From Harriotta raleighana (lineage: Eukaryota), in assembly GCA_050575255.1 (NCBI GenBank), contig JBNZDD010013717.1, forward strand, positions 1,609,245-1,673,244: a stretch of 64,000 nucleotides of DNA, read 5' to 3'. The position numbers and the translations under genes are program-made. Under the pieces are notes generated by a model. It did no database searches and was not told the origin of the DNA. It was given only the letters and a program-made list of their open reading frames with translations. Shown here piece after piece: positions 13,001 to 27,050 of the stretch (its first letter is position 1; each line of letters starts with the position of its first letter).

Positions 13001-13223
13001 TGTTTTACTGATTTTTTTACCGACTGTGCTGGAATGCTTTATTGCTAAGTATCCATACAATATTCTGTTACTATGTAGTCTATTATTAACATGGTATGTT
13101 TTAAAATAAGTACATTTTTTAGTTGGGTTTTTGGCAACTTATCTCCCGTTTATCCGGCACAGTCAATTAGTCGACCCCGCCCCCCCTCCACCTCCCGAGT
13201 GTGGCAGATAAACAGATAAACTG
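13001..13223 (+). mobile_element. Partial Tigger-like MITE (right part, degenerate TIR)
   Basis: gtgctggaatgctttattgctaagtatccatacaatattctg... is colinear with 1-281. Confidence 0.8.
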
Positions 13224-14374
13224 CATGATGCTAATTGTTTTGACATTGATACTGTATCTATGGAAGCTCAGTACAAGTTGGAATGAATCTTGTTAGAGCC
13301 ACACTGGTTTGAGCAATACTTTGGTTGCTGCATTGCGTGATAAATGGTGTCTACAGATATCAGGAATGACTTTCCAAACAGTGATGTTGCCCCTTTGCTC
13401 AACATCAATTCACTTTACAGTAAATTCTGTGATGCGCTTTGAGTTATCTCGAAGATCTGATAAAGTGCTACATCAAATGCAAGGATTATAATTATTATTA
13501 TATTTGAAAGGTTCAAAACAACTCCACTTCTGCACTCAAATGTTACCTTGAACTATTTTTACATGTCCAACTTCACAGATCATGTAACTGACTCTAACAC
13601 GATTATAAACTAGTATTTTATTGTGGAATTCTGACTTTATTGCGCCTGAAATTCCATCTCATCTTAGCCTGGAAGATCACTGTGTCTTGTAATTTACTGT
13701 GGTGCAGAATAGTGGAGAATTCTTTAATTCAGCCTTAATTTGGAAAACTTTCTTTCAAAGCTATGGAAAAACACTTCCCAGATTAAGGCTCAATATAAGA
13801 ATTTTCCACTATTCTGCACAACAATACACAATCTTGTATTTGAAGATATTATGGTAGTGATTCCTAAAAGAAGTTGAAATTTTGAGTCTCTGGTATGTGT
13901 TTAATTTCATATGTGTGAAATCTGACAAGAACTTTAAGAATGAACAGAGGAATGAGGAATTGGAAGTATAACACCGAGATTCTGCTGTTGGAAAGAATAT
14001 TCAGCAACAGCTTGCATTTTTATAGCTCCCTTTACATAGGGAGCATCACAGAATGCTCAATAGTAGTATAGTATAAGTAGTATAGTATAAGCCATGAAAT
14101 GAAAATGTGTGCGATTGTGGGAGTGTGTGTAATTGTGGGGGTTTTGGGGGGATGTGGACTGTGGTCAGGGAGTGGGCAGCATGGAGGGATTGAGGCAGGG
14201 AATTCCAGAGATTTGGGGCACAGTGCCTGAGAATTATTAATCAACTTGCTACATAGTAAACGGGGTATTTGTTGCATGGTTTGACTGAACAGAAAACATT
14301 CCAGATGATAGATAGCAGTGAATTTAAGTATGCGCACAATGCTATGATATGTAATCTTGTATCGATTAACTCTT

Positions 14375-14730
14375 GTTAATCACTCTTGTTTTTAAATCCC
14401 TCAACTCTTCTGAACCCCCTACCTCTCTGACCTCTCCTCACAACAGTATCCGTTGCCTTCGATATACCGGGTCTAGCCTCCTCCTTGTCCCCCGAAATCT
14501 CCGACCGTGGCTTCAGAGACTACACCCCAAAGCTCTGGAACTCCCTTCCGCACCCCCTTCGCCTCACTCTGTCCATGCCTATTTTCAGGTCATGCTAAAG
14601 ACTTTTCTTTTCGTCCGCGTTTTTGCTTTTTCCCCCTCCCCCTGGCTTGGCCCCAGGATCCTTTATTATGAAGCGCTCTGAGACGCCATCTGCTGTGGAG
14701 GTCGCTATCAATCCAAGTTGTTTTTGTTGT
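14375..14730 (+). mobile_element. L2 LINE 3' end (tail type A)
   Basis: LVFKSL..LWN-type remnant, then cccctggcttggccccaggatc...gaagcgctctgagacgcc...aagttgtttttgttgtt. Confidence 0.8.
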
Positions 14731-15399
14731 TAAATGTCATTTTGAAATTCAGAGGAGCTTATATCATGGAACTTGAATGCACACCGAGAATATCACAACC
14801 CTGGATATTAACAAGTTATAAAATAGCTGCTTTGAGATTCTGACTACTGTTCTTTTTAAAAGGGTTATTCGACACACTGTCAAATGCAATTGCTGGGAGT
14901 CTCTAATTTTGCTTGAGGCTTATTGATTTTAGAACTACATCCATATGCAGTGTTTTTATAATCCGAGTGAAATATCTTGTTCACAACTATATGCTCTATG
15001 CCTGTCAGCATTATAGCCACATTTCATTAAGGTATGCAGCAACACAATATTTTGACTGGGTGTAAATACTGATAGATATTCTTGTATAGTCTTCGCAAGG
15101 AAGAGAATATTATTAGGTAGGGCACTTAGAATAAATATCAGCCTGTTTCAAACTGTGATTGAACCATAATGAAAAAGAATGGTGTTAAATAATGTTGTCA
15201 GTAGTTACCCAAGAATTTTGTTTTCTGGTTGGATTGGCCAATGGCTATTCCAAAAACTCAACTCAACTGACTTAAGTGGTAATATGAACACAATGTGCAA
15301 AAGGCATAAGGAAAACTATAAATGTGAGAACTATCGAATAGGTCTGCTTGGAAGCCAAGCATGTCTTTCAGTGTTTTGCTTCTCACACTATTCCTCAAT

Positions 15400-15600
15400 A
15401 ATACTGACCTGGCTCAAAGGGAACGGCATGCTTCACGTCCCCTGTTGCGCCTGATTGAACATTGGTGGTTGGGCTTTCAGCCTATCTGCTCCCACTATCT
15501 GGAACTCCATCCCTTTGTCCCTCTAATTTATTCCCTCCCTCACCTCTTTTGAAGACTGTCTTAAGACCTACTTATTTGACCGTGACTTTGGTCATCTTCC
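15400..15600 (+). mobile_element. L2 LINE 3' fragment
   Basis: gggctttcagcctatctgctcccactatctggaactccatccc...cttaagacctacttatttgac. Confidence 0.65.
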
Positions 15601-15627
15601 CCATTCCCCCCACCCCCACATTGGTGG

Positions 15628-15780
15628 CAACAACAACAACTTTGATTTATATAGCGCCCTCCACGCCGGATGGTGTCTCAGAGTGCTTCACAATCGCGGA
15701 TCCCGGACTGAGCCAAGGGCAGGCGCAGAAAGGTGACCAAAAGCGCGGTCGAAGAGAAAGGTCTAATGGCAGGGTCTAAT
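15628..15780 (-). mobile_element. L2 LINE 3' end (tail type A), CpG-retaining
   Basis: caacaacaacaactttgatttatatagcgccctccacg... closely matches the tail at 59305. Confidence 0.8.
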
Positions 15781-16014
15781 GAACAGAAACAAGACAGAAT
15801 TGTATGGACTGTTTTATTTCTGGTAGTCTGTGCTGTCCACAATATTTGTGTGACCCAAGATAACCTGTTCGCAATGCTTTACAAATGACAATACCAAATA
15901 GCAACCACCAGAAATCACTGCGATTGAGAATGCACATGCAGAAATGCAAGTAACATCGGCAAAGCTTTTGTAATGTATACAAACACAATACAAATGTATT
16001 TTTGTTGTTGCTGT

Positions 16015-16300
16015 TGGCTTGCTCCATGTCCCCCGACCCACCCACCCCACCATTGGTGGGTGATCCTTCAGGCGCTCTGCCCCCAACCTCTGGAACTCCA
16101 TCCCGCAGTCCCTCCACCTCGCCCTCTCCCTGGTCTCCTTCAAGTCCGGTTTAAAGACCCATCTCTTCAACTGCCCCACTGGCCACTCCAAAACCCTCCC
16201 TTTCCCTCCCTGTCCCCTGCTCTGAAACATTGACTGTCCAGCGCCTTCGGACCTTAACCTGATGTGAAAGGCACTACACAAGTATAATTTTGTTGTTGTT
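16015..16300 (+). mobile_element. L2 LINE 3' end (tail type B)
   Basis: ctctggaactccatccc...ctgtccagcgccttcgga...gtgaaaggcactacac...ttttgttgttgtt. Confidence 0.8.
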
Positions 16301-16719
16301 ACTAAATCCGAATCAAGGGTGTGTTAGCATCTTCTTCATTTGTCTATCTAAACTCTGAATAATCTACCAGTCTATCCCACACACTTTGCCCGTATCCTTT
16401 TGTACTTCCTGCCATTCCTTTTTTCGGCCCTTTTGTTAATTGTCCATTTACAATTGTCCATAATGGAGCATCCAAATGGTTTCCTTTAGAAGAATGAATC
16501 TCAATGGTTTCTGCTGACTGTAAGTATAGACCCACAAACATGAGCCATATGATAGCAAGAAGAAAACATTGACAAGAATGCAACTAACTAATGAATTATG
16601 AGAACAGAGCAGAATAATTTAAATAATCTTGCTGAAAGTTTAGTTCACTACTTAGAATTTAATCAGGATAAATAGACAAGACAGACAGACAAAGTTGATA
16701 TCATGCCTAATAATATCAA

Positions 16720-16985
16720 AATGTCTCAAACCATTTTCACAATTGCTGCCAAGTTCAGTAAGTATGAATTTGTGACAGCCAATCTGTGCACAGCACGTCT
16801 CACAAATGACCAATGAAGTGAATGACCAATTTATCTGGATGCCAGGAAAAATTTCATTCTCTTTTCAAGTAGTGAAGAGACGACATAGTCTAGACAATGA
16901 ACTCAATGTCCTGGTCAGTGAGGCTTGCACCCACTATCTTCTGATTTAAGGGTGAGAGTGTTTCCAACAGAGGCACGCTGATGTG
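16720..16985 (-). mobile_element. Old SacSINE1-like DeuSINE
   Basis: Deu segment (gacagccaatctgtgcacagca) and a degenerate head (cttgcacccactatcttctga...gagagtg...gctgat) on the minus strand. Confidence 0.5.
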
Positions 16986-19900
16986 AATGATCACATCACA
17001 CAATTTTTTCCTTCAGAGTTTGATGAAAAGAAAAGAACAGGATCCCATCAAAAGCAGTAATCTTATGTGAGGTGACTTCTTTAAACAGAATGGTTGCCGT
17101 GATAAGATAATTCATTTTATACAGAAAAGGATGAACATCCATGATCAATTACTCTATAGAAAATATTGTTTTCGGTCCCACTGTGACTATGAAAGTATTC
17201 AGTGCAATACAATTCACTCAGGTTTGAATAATGTAGGTTGATATATGAGAGGGATATCCTAAAGGTTTTGCTTCATTGCTTTGCAAGATCAAGGATAGAT
17301 GTTACCCAGCGGTTTCTTCCCAGGAGTGATATTTATGGTTTCATATTTTTTTTAAATGAATAAATGGGGCAGTGTTGACAATAGAGCAAATTTTATATGA
17401 CAATACAATCTTTGTATTTGATTCTATAGGACTTCAACAATAACTTCCATTGATATAGCGTCCCATAGTGCTTCTTACCACTCCAATCGTATCACGTCAA
17501 ATATCTCACGTGCATCTCCACATTTATTCAGTGCATTAATTTTTCATTTGTAGGCAAATGCAGTATACAATTTATGCACAGAAATTTCCCCAGAACACGT
17601 ATGAAATGAATCTCCAATGGAGGATAGTTTGCTTTGACCCTGGGAAAAACTTCCTCTCTCTTTGTATAGTTATGTGAGTTCTTTAACATTCACCGGAACA
17701 GTCACAGAAGACCTTGGTTTAAATGTCCCATCTGTGGAATGGTAATTGTAGGAATGCAGCACCCCCCCCACCCCATATTGTATTGACACTAATGAGGTGT
17801 CAGTTCAAAATCCTCCTTTGCATGTGTAACATTTTGCAGATTATGTTTCATTCGATCCACAAGTGCTCTGCGGTTCACTACAACACCCACCAGATTATTA
17901 GTGACAAAGCATACGGTTTGACTACTTTTATTTTCATTGGTATGTAACCTGAACCCATCAATTTAATAGTTACATAAATCTCTCACTTTGGCAGAAATTT
18001 GCGGAGATGAACTGAGATGTCATGGAAGCAAAGCCTACATCTCAGCCATATACCAAATAATTTAAAAATCTGGGTTTCAACTTTGCTGCAATCAATGCTT
18101 CTCAACAAAAGCCAGCACTTGATATTGATATAATGCCTTTCATGTCAGCAGGATGGCTTAACGTGCTTCATTCACCCAGCTAACCAGGAGCTTGGGTTGC
18201 TGGGGGTGGTGGTGAGGGCATGAGATGACCAAAACCATGGTTGTAAAAATAAAACTTAAGGCAGGCTTTAAAGCTAAGGAGGGAGGGATTTTTTTGACTC
18301 AGAGATGTAGTTCCAGATAGAATGGACAGAAAGGCAGAACAAATTACATAGAATGATACAACATGAAAACAGGCGATTCGGATCAAGTAGTCTCTGCCAG
18401 TGTTTATACCCTACATGGGCCTCCATCACTGCTAATCCCCTCCCTAATACTCCTCTATCCCTTCTTCCTCATGTAATCCTTTTTAATAATTGTCCAGTGG
18501 CATTTTATAACTGTGATAACAGGAGCAATGAATTGACACAATACAGCAGAAGTATCTTGTTCAGGCCCACAGACCAATGTACTGATTTATTCATGTGGAA
18601 ACATAAAAACCTCATTAAATAATATGTGGCTTCACAAGCTTTAGGCTTTTTCAAACATGTGGCAAGGTCTGGATGAAATTAATCCTCTGAAAAAATAAAT
18701 GTGTCTGTACACAGCAACTTATGACGTTTAATTTAGAACAAGAATCATCTAAACAAACTAAAGGCAATAATGAACAAAATAAACTTGTTCCAAGTTATTT
18801 ATAATAGATTCATGGAAATGCTTAGTGTGAACTGGCATGAAGTTTGTTGAGACAGGTAATGTGATGTACTGTGAGGAAGGCTGAAGTCACTTTCAAAGTG
18901 GCACCATGTCTTCTTATACAGTCATAGAATTATACAACAACAAACAACAACTTGGATTTATATAGTGCCCTCCTCGCTGAATGGTGTCTCAGAAGGAGGC
19001 CATAAGACCCATCATGTCTCTGCCGGCTCTTTGAAAAGAGCTTTGCAAATTCCACCAAATAATTAGTCAGACATTGCCACAGGAGGCAGCTCTCCTCTCC
19101 CATTGTCAGATTTTGCACTAATATTATTGAGGCAGCTTGACTTTTACCCGTAGCCTTGAACCAAAAGACTGTATTTACCTTTTTCCAAAGAGGATAGTAT
19201 GTATTAACTTTCTCATAAGATAGGTGACAAGTCCAGTTTACAGCTCTTACTGAATACATAGATATTGAGTTACATTGCTTATTGGTCATTGAGTAGTGGT
19301 GGGGTGGGGGGGGGGGAGGGGGGGANCTCTTACTGAATACATAGATATTGAGTTACATTGCTTATTGGTCATTGAGTAGTGGTGGGGTGGGGGGGCGGTC
19401 TGGCACATGCTGACCCACTATGATGATTAAGACTATGAAAATCAGATTCAAATCTACAAATATATGTCATCTACACCTGGACATTTTCATGTGTCTGGAA
19501 TAGAATGCACTGTTTCTCTGAAGGGATGTTCCCAGTTTAGCTAATACCAGAGTGCACCAGATGCAGATTGGCAACAGCCATGGCTTGAGCTTGCAATTGA
19601 GAGCATTGTTTGGCAAGTTTCCCGCTGCTTGTCTAATTAGGATCACTCTGGCCATTTGGGTGTTGGCTTGCAGGGTTAACAGGAGTCCAGTAGGAAGAAT
19701 CCCTGCTCTCCATACAGTACAAAGAGCTCATTCGAATTGTTGTGATGAATCACTGAAGTATATAACATGTTCAAATACTGTACCACCACATTAAATATCT
19801 CAGATAGGGCACCGCCTGTAACATATTGAATGGTTACGTCATGGGTTGGTGCTGTGAATCTTGAGAAGTAGTTGTTTCACACTTTGCATGGGCCCCGTGC

Positions 19901-21749
19901 TGCCTTTTCTTGGGGTAATGTCTTTTCATCACTGTACAAAGTGAACAGTACTCAGGCAATGTGAAAGTCAGGTTACCATGGAGACCAGACATCATAGATG
20001 CAGCACTTATACCTGGCAGCAATGGGAAATGGATCAGGATATTGAGGAACATATTATAATGTTAATCTCAGTGACCACTTTCAATGATGTTCTATTGTCT
20101 AACACAACTGAACTAAAAGCTTGAAATTCCATCTTGTTGTAGCCTGTGAGACCAATTTTGCTTAAAATTTCAGAACACACAGAATCGTGTAAAATTCTCA
20201 AACACAATCTTCATTTGGAAGTCGTAAGAAACATAGGGGGGAAAAGCTGCTTCCAATTAACACTGAATTGAAATTTTTTTGTTCAATTTTACATTTTTAG
20301 AGAAAATGGTCTCATTGTGGAATTTTGAACTTTAAATTCATCTTTGGCAGCTATTGATTTGCTTAAAAGCTTGTTTCAATCTCCATATCAGCACTAATAA
20401 ATAGAAACACATTACAGTCTCTCAGTTTCAGTCAGTAGTTTACTACACATTTAGCTATCTTTTATGATATAAATAACCTTTTTGGTAACTAGAGAAGTCC
20501 ACAAAAAAAGTTTCCAAATATTTTCTGTTGCACAGTTTCGGTTACTCATTGTAATGTTCAGTTTGCAAAATACAAATTGCTTCCTATTTTTATTACTTTC
20601 ATTCATCATAGTTTGGTGGATCATGCAAAAAGAATTACTGTAACATTTATACAGAGTACATCTCAAATATAATATAATTTGAGTTCCAAGTACAATATGT
20701 ACTTTGCTAAAATGTGTTGAAGGCAGGCAATAATGATTAATGGAACTAACTTAAATACTATTAAACCAAGTTGAGCAGAATAGTGCTCAAATGACTAATT
20801 TTATCTTTTAAAATTTTAATTATATCTGGATTTTAATGTTGGCCAGAAGATCAGGAGAATCTCCCTTCATAGCGCAATGGGATCTTTAATACCCACCCAA
20901 ATAGGCACAGAATTTCATTTTAACTTTCCATTTGAAGGACAGTGACTCAGAGCAATCTTAACTCCAGCCTAGACTAAGAACTCAAAGTCCGAATGTGCAG
21001 CTCAAACCCACTGTCTTCTAACTAAGAGACGAAAAGAACATAGGAATATAGACAAAAGAGGACCAAGATCCATTCAGTTTGCCTTCCACCATCCTGGCAG
21101 TTGCATGCATATATCATGTCCCAAATTATTACTGTATCATAAGATGTTATTTCTTAGAAATATAGTGCTACCAACTCAGTCAGGCTGACATCAACACATT
21201 ATGGCACTTGTGAGAATGCAATTCTTCCCTACTATTCCACAATAGTTTAAACCCATCTTATAAGGAACCTGCAAAAAGATAGAGTTAAAACCCACAAGTG
21301 GACACTGGAAAGAACATTGTTTCCAGTTTAACATAGTGGAATTATTCATTCTCTATGGGCATCATTTCAGTGTTTGTTTCTATGACTGGAACATGATGTA
21401 ATGTAGTATGAACTGTAACATTAGTTCAGCTTGGGCACTGATCATTAATTGAAGAAATTTAATAATGCAATTTCTCTCCAATATTTCACTGAAGTGTAAA
21501 CCCAGATTATGATCAGGAATCCTATGAGTTTTGAACCTACAAGTTTCTGATCCTGTTGTCAGAACAACAAGGAGCTGTCATGTTACCAAAAGATCAAAAT
21601 GCAAACCACAAACCAAAAAAGGGAACATAGACAGTACATTAAGTGTTTCCTATTCACAGCATGTGATATACTGTTCTGAATTAGTGACTCAAAATTATCA
21701 AAATTATTATGCTACAGCTACTACTCTCAACATGTTTGGTGTACCTTGT

Positions 21750-22740
21750 TGGTGCTGGCTCTTTGAAAGAGCTGTTATTACCTCTTTCCTTAAAAAACTA
21801 TCCTAGGTCCCTTAAACCCTAGCCACTACTACCCTATCTCAAGCTTGCCATTAATTGCTAACGTTTTAGAACGTGCTGTTGCCAACCAACTCCGTGCACA
21901 CTTCTCCCTCCACTCCCTTTTCGAACCCCTCCAGTCCGGTTTTCACCCTGCCCACAATAAAGAGACTGCATTTGTGAAAATCACAAACGATATCCTCTCT
22001 ATCTATGACCAGGACTCCCTCTGTCTGCTTGTCCTCCTGGATCTCTCTGCCGCCTTCGACACAGTCGATCATGCCATCCTCCTACATCGCCTATCCTCTG
22101 TCATCCACTTCAGTGGGACAGCACTTGCCTGGTTCAAATCCCACCTCACTAACCGCCAACAATACATCTCTACTAACAACGTTTCCTCTCATACCAACGA
22201 TCCATCCTTGGCCCCCTTCTCTTCCTTATCTACATGCTCCTTCTTGGTGATGTAATCCACAGATATGGGGTATACTTCCATATGTATGCGGATGACACCC
22301 AACTCTACTTTTCCACCTCAATTTGCCATCCCCCCAGTCCCCTGATGTTTTGTTAGCCTGTCGGTCAGACATCAAGAGTTGGATGAGTGCAAATTTCCTT
22401 CAGCTAAATGTTGACAAAATGGAAGCCAAACTTTGGCTCTCGTCGACATCTTCAGTCCCATGGCTCTCATCTCCTCCACCTACCTGACCTGCCCCTAAAA
22501 CTCCCCGCACCCGTATGTAACTTAGGCGTCAGGTTCGACCCCCAATTATCCTTCCTCCCCCACATCTTATCCCTCACCAGCACCGCTTTCTTCCATCTCC
22601 AACACATCGCCCGTCTCTGCCAATATCTCACCCCAAAAGCTGCCAAAACCCTGATCCATGCTTTTGACACCTCTCTGCTGGACTATTCCAAAGCCCTCTT
22701 CACTGGTCTCCCTTCCGCTACCATTCATAAAATTCAGGTT
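21750..22740 (+). mobile_element. Decayed L2 LINE reverse transcriptase fragment
   Basis: ORF 21845 contains LQSGFHPAHNKETA...LLDLSAAFDTVDH. YADDT is encoded at 22285-22299. ORF 22408 contains VCNLGVRFD...KTLIHAF..SLLDY. Frameshifts are present. Confidence 0.92.
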
Positions 22741-22900
22741 ATTCATATCTATTTATATCACATCTTCAAGATGTCTCAAAGTGCTTCACAGAATATACTG
22801 TAATGTGAATTGACTTTATATCTTGTGGGTGAAACTCAGCAGCCAACTGCGCATAGAGGTGTCCTAAAAACAGTCGTGGAATGAGTGACCAATTTTTGTT
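22740..22900 (-). mobile_element. Deu-domain SINE 3' fragment abutting the L2
   Basis: tctcaaagtgcttcacagaatatactgtaatgtgaattgac...gcagccaactgcgca. Confidence 0.7.
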
Positions 22901-24162
22901 TAAAAAAAGCAATAATTAGAATAAAAAGCTATTAGATAACTGAAGAGCATTCTTACATAGAGTTATTAGACTGTATAGCGGAGACATCTACAACTGCTTG
23001 ATCTGGTTGACGAAGGTTCAGACAAATTATCTGCTGATTTTCTGAGCAGTTGATCTGATAATACAACACTGACCATCCTTTAAAATTTCACTTCAGCTAG
23101 ATAAGTCAAGGGAGTTATTAACATTTCAGTAATAATCCAACTGAGATATTAAGTTTGACTTTATTACAGCAACATTAATATAATTATTCTTACATCTGAT
23201 ATAGTGTCTTTCACATCAGGATGACTTCTCAAGCACTTCACAGGATTTACTATAAAGCGGATTGACTATATTTTCAAGGTGAAAGAACATGAAAAACTAT
23301 TTTCTTGATTTTCATTATATACAGTACAGTGAATCATATTTAAATGCAATATTTGTTATCCCACCCACTTAGATCAACAATTCTTATTTTCTGTCACTTT
23401 TCCCTTCTTTTTATTCATTCCTTGTTTCCCTTCTCTTTTTCTCTCTTTCCTGTATTGTATATTTGTCCACTCTCCTCTCCAGAAGTGGGTTTGGTTTACA
23501 TTGACATCAATCTGGCTCAGATAATTAGTGTGTTGTGTTGAACTGTGGTTGGTTTTCCAATCCAATTTCTGTGTCTTATTGTAACTGCAGAAGTAGTCTT
23601 ATGTTTTTCTAATCCTAACTGGTTTCAAAGTTTCTCCCTTTACATGTTTCAGAGCTGAGTATCTTTACACTTTTTGGTCTTTGATACATAGTTAGGAAAA
23701 TATATATAAATAGGCACATAGAGCATAGGAACATACATAGGAAAAGACCATTATAAAGCCTATGCAGGTTCGAATGCAGAAAAAAATGCAGCTTTATAAT
23801 TATTATTATTCAATGGCTCTGAAAAATGCTACGCTTTTATAAAACAGAATGTATAAATTTCCTACCCTGCCTTAAGTTTCTGCAATTTTATTTGAGTAGA
23901 AAGGTTTAAAAAAAAATTAAAATAGTCTTTATCTTTCCAACACAAAGTGGATTATTCAAATCCATTTTCTTTTTAAAAATGATAACAAGCAATGGGTTAA
24001 AACTTGCAATTTTTCTTAACTTTTTGCATTGCACTTTGTGCCAAATATAAATGAAATATAAGGATTACTATTTTTATGAATTAGCACAAGGAATAGGGTA
24101 AGAAACACATCAAATATTACTCTAGTATGATGTAACGTGATTAGGAATGAATGAATGAATGT

Positions 24163-24475
24163 GGAGTCCTGTAGCTCAGTGGTTAGAGCACTGGCCTTGC
24201 AAGCGAAAGACCTGGGTTCAATTCCAGGTAGGGCGAAACCTTGGCAAGTATCCTTGCTCCAAATGCCTGGTTTGGAGCAAGGATACTTCGAAATATAACT
24301 ATAATAAAATTGGTCATTTTCAATCCACAACTGCATGTGGGACAGTGCTCTGTGCAATTGGCTGCATATTTCACCTACATATATATAGTCAATTCACTTC
24401 AAGGTATATTCTGTGAAGTGCTTTGAAGAGTCTAGAAGATATGAAAAGCACTGTATCGAATGCGAGGATTATTAT
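24163..24475 (+). mobile_element. Full-length tRNA-derived SINE with Deu domain and L2-type tail
   Basis: Pol III A box tagctcagtggttagagc and B box ggttcaattcc. tRNA-Ala(TGC)-like head, Deu segment, tail tgcgaggattattat. Confidence 0.88.
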
Positions 24476-24789
24476 CATGTCTTAAGGAGAATAGTCTATT
24501 TGGTGTGATTGATATTAGATAGATTGTAAACTTAACTTAATTGCAAATTAAACTCAGTTACCTTTTTCAAATGCAGAAGAAGGAAACAAAAGTCAAATGT
24601 TTTGCTGTTCTGTCTGGGTGCTCAATAAAGTATTGCTGACAAGAAACCATTTCCCATTATGAAACGAGTTATTGTAAATAAATACTTAATCTTTAAATGA
24701 GATTGATACAGGGCTCCACTTTTTAACACACACACCTCTTTCCCCTCTCATTTTGGGATGGAGTTGCTTCAAAGCAATGGGGTCCAATG

Positions 24790-25078
24790 GAATTGCATTC
24801 GTTGCCTGAAACACAAAACCAAAGTCCTACCTGTCTGTTCAGGTGGACATTAGAGGTCCCATTGCACTGTTCGAAGGGAGAGACAAGTTTCTCAGGCCAA
24901 CAAATTCCCTCAAATGAAACTGGTCACTCACTCTGTGACTATCTATGGAACATTGTTGTGAGCAAACTAGCTCTCACAAAATACACAGTCATTTCATTTT
25001 ACAGTATATTCCGTGAAGTGCTTTGAGACATCTTAGTGACATGATAAGTCGCTCTAGCAAATGCAAGGATTAGTATTA
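24790..25078 (+). mobile_element. 5'-truncated SacSINE1-like DeuSINE
   Basis: ctgtctgttcaggtggac...cccattgcactgttcgaag...ggccaacaaattccctca is a Deu core, followed by the tail tgcaaggattagtatt. Confidence 0.65.
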
Positions 25079-26817
25079 CTGAATTGTGTACTCTTTTCCC
25101 CATTTTGTGATAGCCTAAATAAGTTACAAAGCTTTACAAACATTGCCCTTTCACTCAACTCATATATCTGGGAGACAATTTCTTGTAAAAGCAATAACCT
25201 ACACTTTAAATTCTCATGATCTTTCTTTGGTTGCTGATTCGTACTAAATTTGAGGCGGTTTTCATCTGTGACCTTATGCCCACTGGGCTGAGGCCACTCA
25301 ACATTGTTTAACTTTAGGGTTTGCAAGAAATCTGATGGAGAATGTAGACCCATGTTGCATCTGTCTGAGTTTGGTTGAAAGCCAAGTCTCTGAGGTTAAA
25401 GGCCATTGCTATAATACACAACACCACCCACTCCCTAGAAATTCTGGTTTTAAAGGAGGTCATGAAAATAATACTTTCTCCAGTTGTGGAAATGTTGTAG
25501 ATTGTTCTCTGCACAATCCTCTGCTCTGTCTGTTTCTGCAATAATGTAATTAGAGATATTGTGGGTTAGGTTGAACCCATTGCTTTTACATTCTGTTGAT
25601 AATGAAGTCTCCAAAAGTCTCAAATGGGAGAAATCACGATTGAAATGACTCATGGCTGATGTCAGCTCAATTTAGGGAAGTTGTGTTGGGCCAGACGTGA
25701 TATGATTCACAAGGTTGTAATGAAACAAGAATGGAATGCTAACAGATAAATGAAATGGAGAATGAAATACCAGCAATAGCACAAAGCCAGTTTGTGGGTG
25801 TACCCCAACTGGAAACCCACTCGCTGTCTTAAAAAGGTTTAACTCTGGAGAGTTTCAGCTGCAAATCCACAGATGTTTCTCCTTAAAAAAAGTATTAGTA
25901 CATCATTTTTTTCGCTTACTCCACAATATTCACTGCAGCTATACAAAAAGACTGTAATTGATCTACCATTATTGTTTTAATATCTGTTTGATAGATTGTA
26001 AATGCTTCTTTTGATTTAAAGGTGAAGTGTATGCTTTATTAACGGGTTCTAAATTTATTGGGGTAACTTGGGATTGATTACTATTGTAGCTGAATGCGTG
26101 ACTTGGTTTTATAGACGTCAATCAATGCGTGAGTGTGTGTGTGTATGTGTGTTTATATATGTGTGTGTAGGTAGGGATTGTGGTGGGGGGGGGGCTATGT
26201 CTGTGGATGTGAGGTTATATACATTTGTAATTGATACATTCTGAATTTTTTAGATGGAGAGAATGTTACTTTATCGGTGATAATTGTAACATCACAAGCC
26301 CACATATGGTATTAGCCCACATATGCTAGANATACATTCTGAATTTTTTAGATGGAGAGAATGTTACTTTATCGGTGATAACAAGCCCACATATGGTATT
26401 AGCCCACATATGCTAGGAATTCCATCTATTATTACCTTGCCAAACCGTTTTGTTTTAAAATACAAAATCACACGGCCCACACAGATTTGTGGACAAAATA
26501 CTTAAATGCAGTTTTAACTTGGCTCTGTTTTACTGCAATGCCTAGAAAGAAACCGCTAACCAAATTAAGACAATTGTGCTAAATTTTAAAAGGTGGTGCA
26601 GGAAAAGACAATTATAGGCTTCATATTGGATTCCATTATTAATTAATAAACAATAATCAATAAATCAAACCTGTTGGATAACAAAGGCATTGAATAAGGG
26701 TGGGTGCCTTCATTAAATGGGCCATGCCAATCCTATCTGCTGTAGATTACACCTCCATTGGCATTCATACACCCAGTTATAGGAGCATGTAAATTTAGTT
26801 ATGAGAAGGCCACTAGG

Positions 26818-27050
26818 TCATACAATGTTACGGCACAGAAGGAGGCCATTTGGTCTGTCGAGTCTGTGCCGGCTCTTTGACAGAGGTCCTTCAAATTCAA
26901 TCTACCACAGACATATGTTGGCACTAAATCTGGCCACACCGCTAATCCCACTTTCTTTCCTTCTTTACCCTTTCATATTTTTACTTTCCAATTGTATATC
27001 TGTCTCCTTGAATATTTTGTTTGATTCCCCAGTTGTGACTTCTGAGGCAA
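26818..27050 (-). mobile_element. CR1-type LINE 3' end
   Basis: ttacggcacagaaggaggccatttggtctgtcgagtctgtgccggctct is the typical reverse complement of a shark CR1 tail. Confidence 0.6.

Noticed and set aside
12573-13109. Longest ORF (178 aa)
   Set aside because: Chimera of SINE tail, L2 and MITE sequence.
16344-16583. 79-aa ORF with a signal-peptide-like start
   Set aside because: The underlying DNA (gcagaaaccattgagattcattc...ttggatgc...ggatacgggcaaag) resembles a decayed CR1 3' end.
24163-24235. tRNA-Ala-like gene (also 31550-31622)
   Set aside because: No acceptor-stem pairing, and it continues into the Deu domain and L2-type tail; it is a SINE head.
25335-25544. RING-like start DPCCICL
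   Set aside because: The remaining Cys/His spacing does not fit a RING domain.
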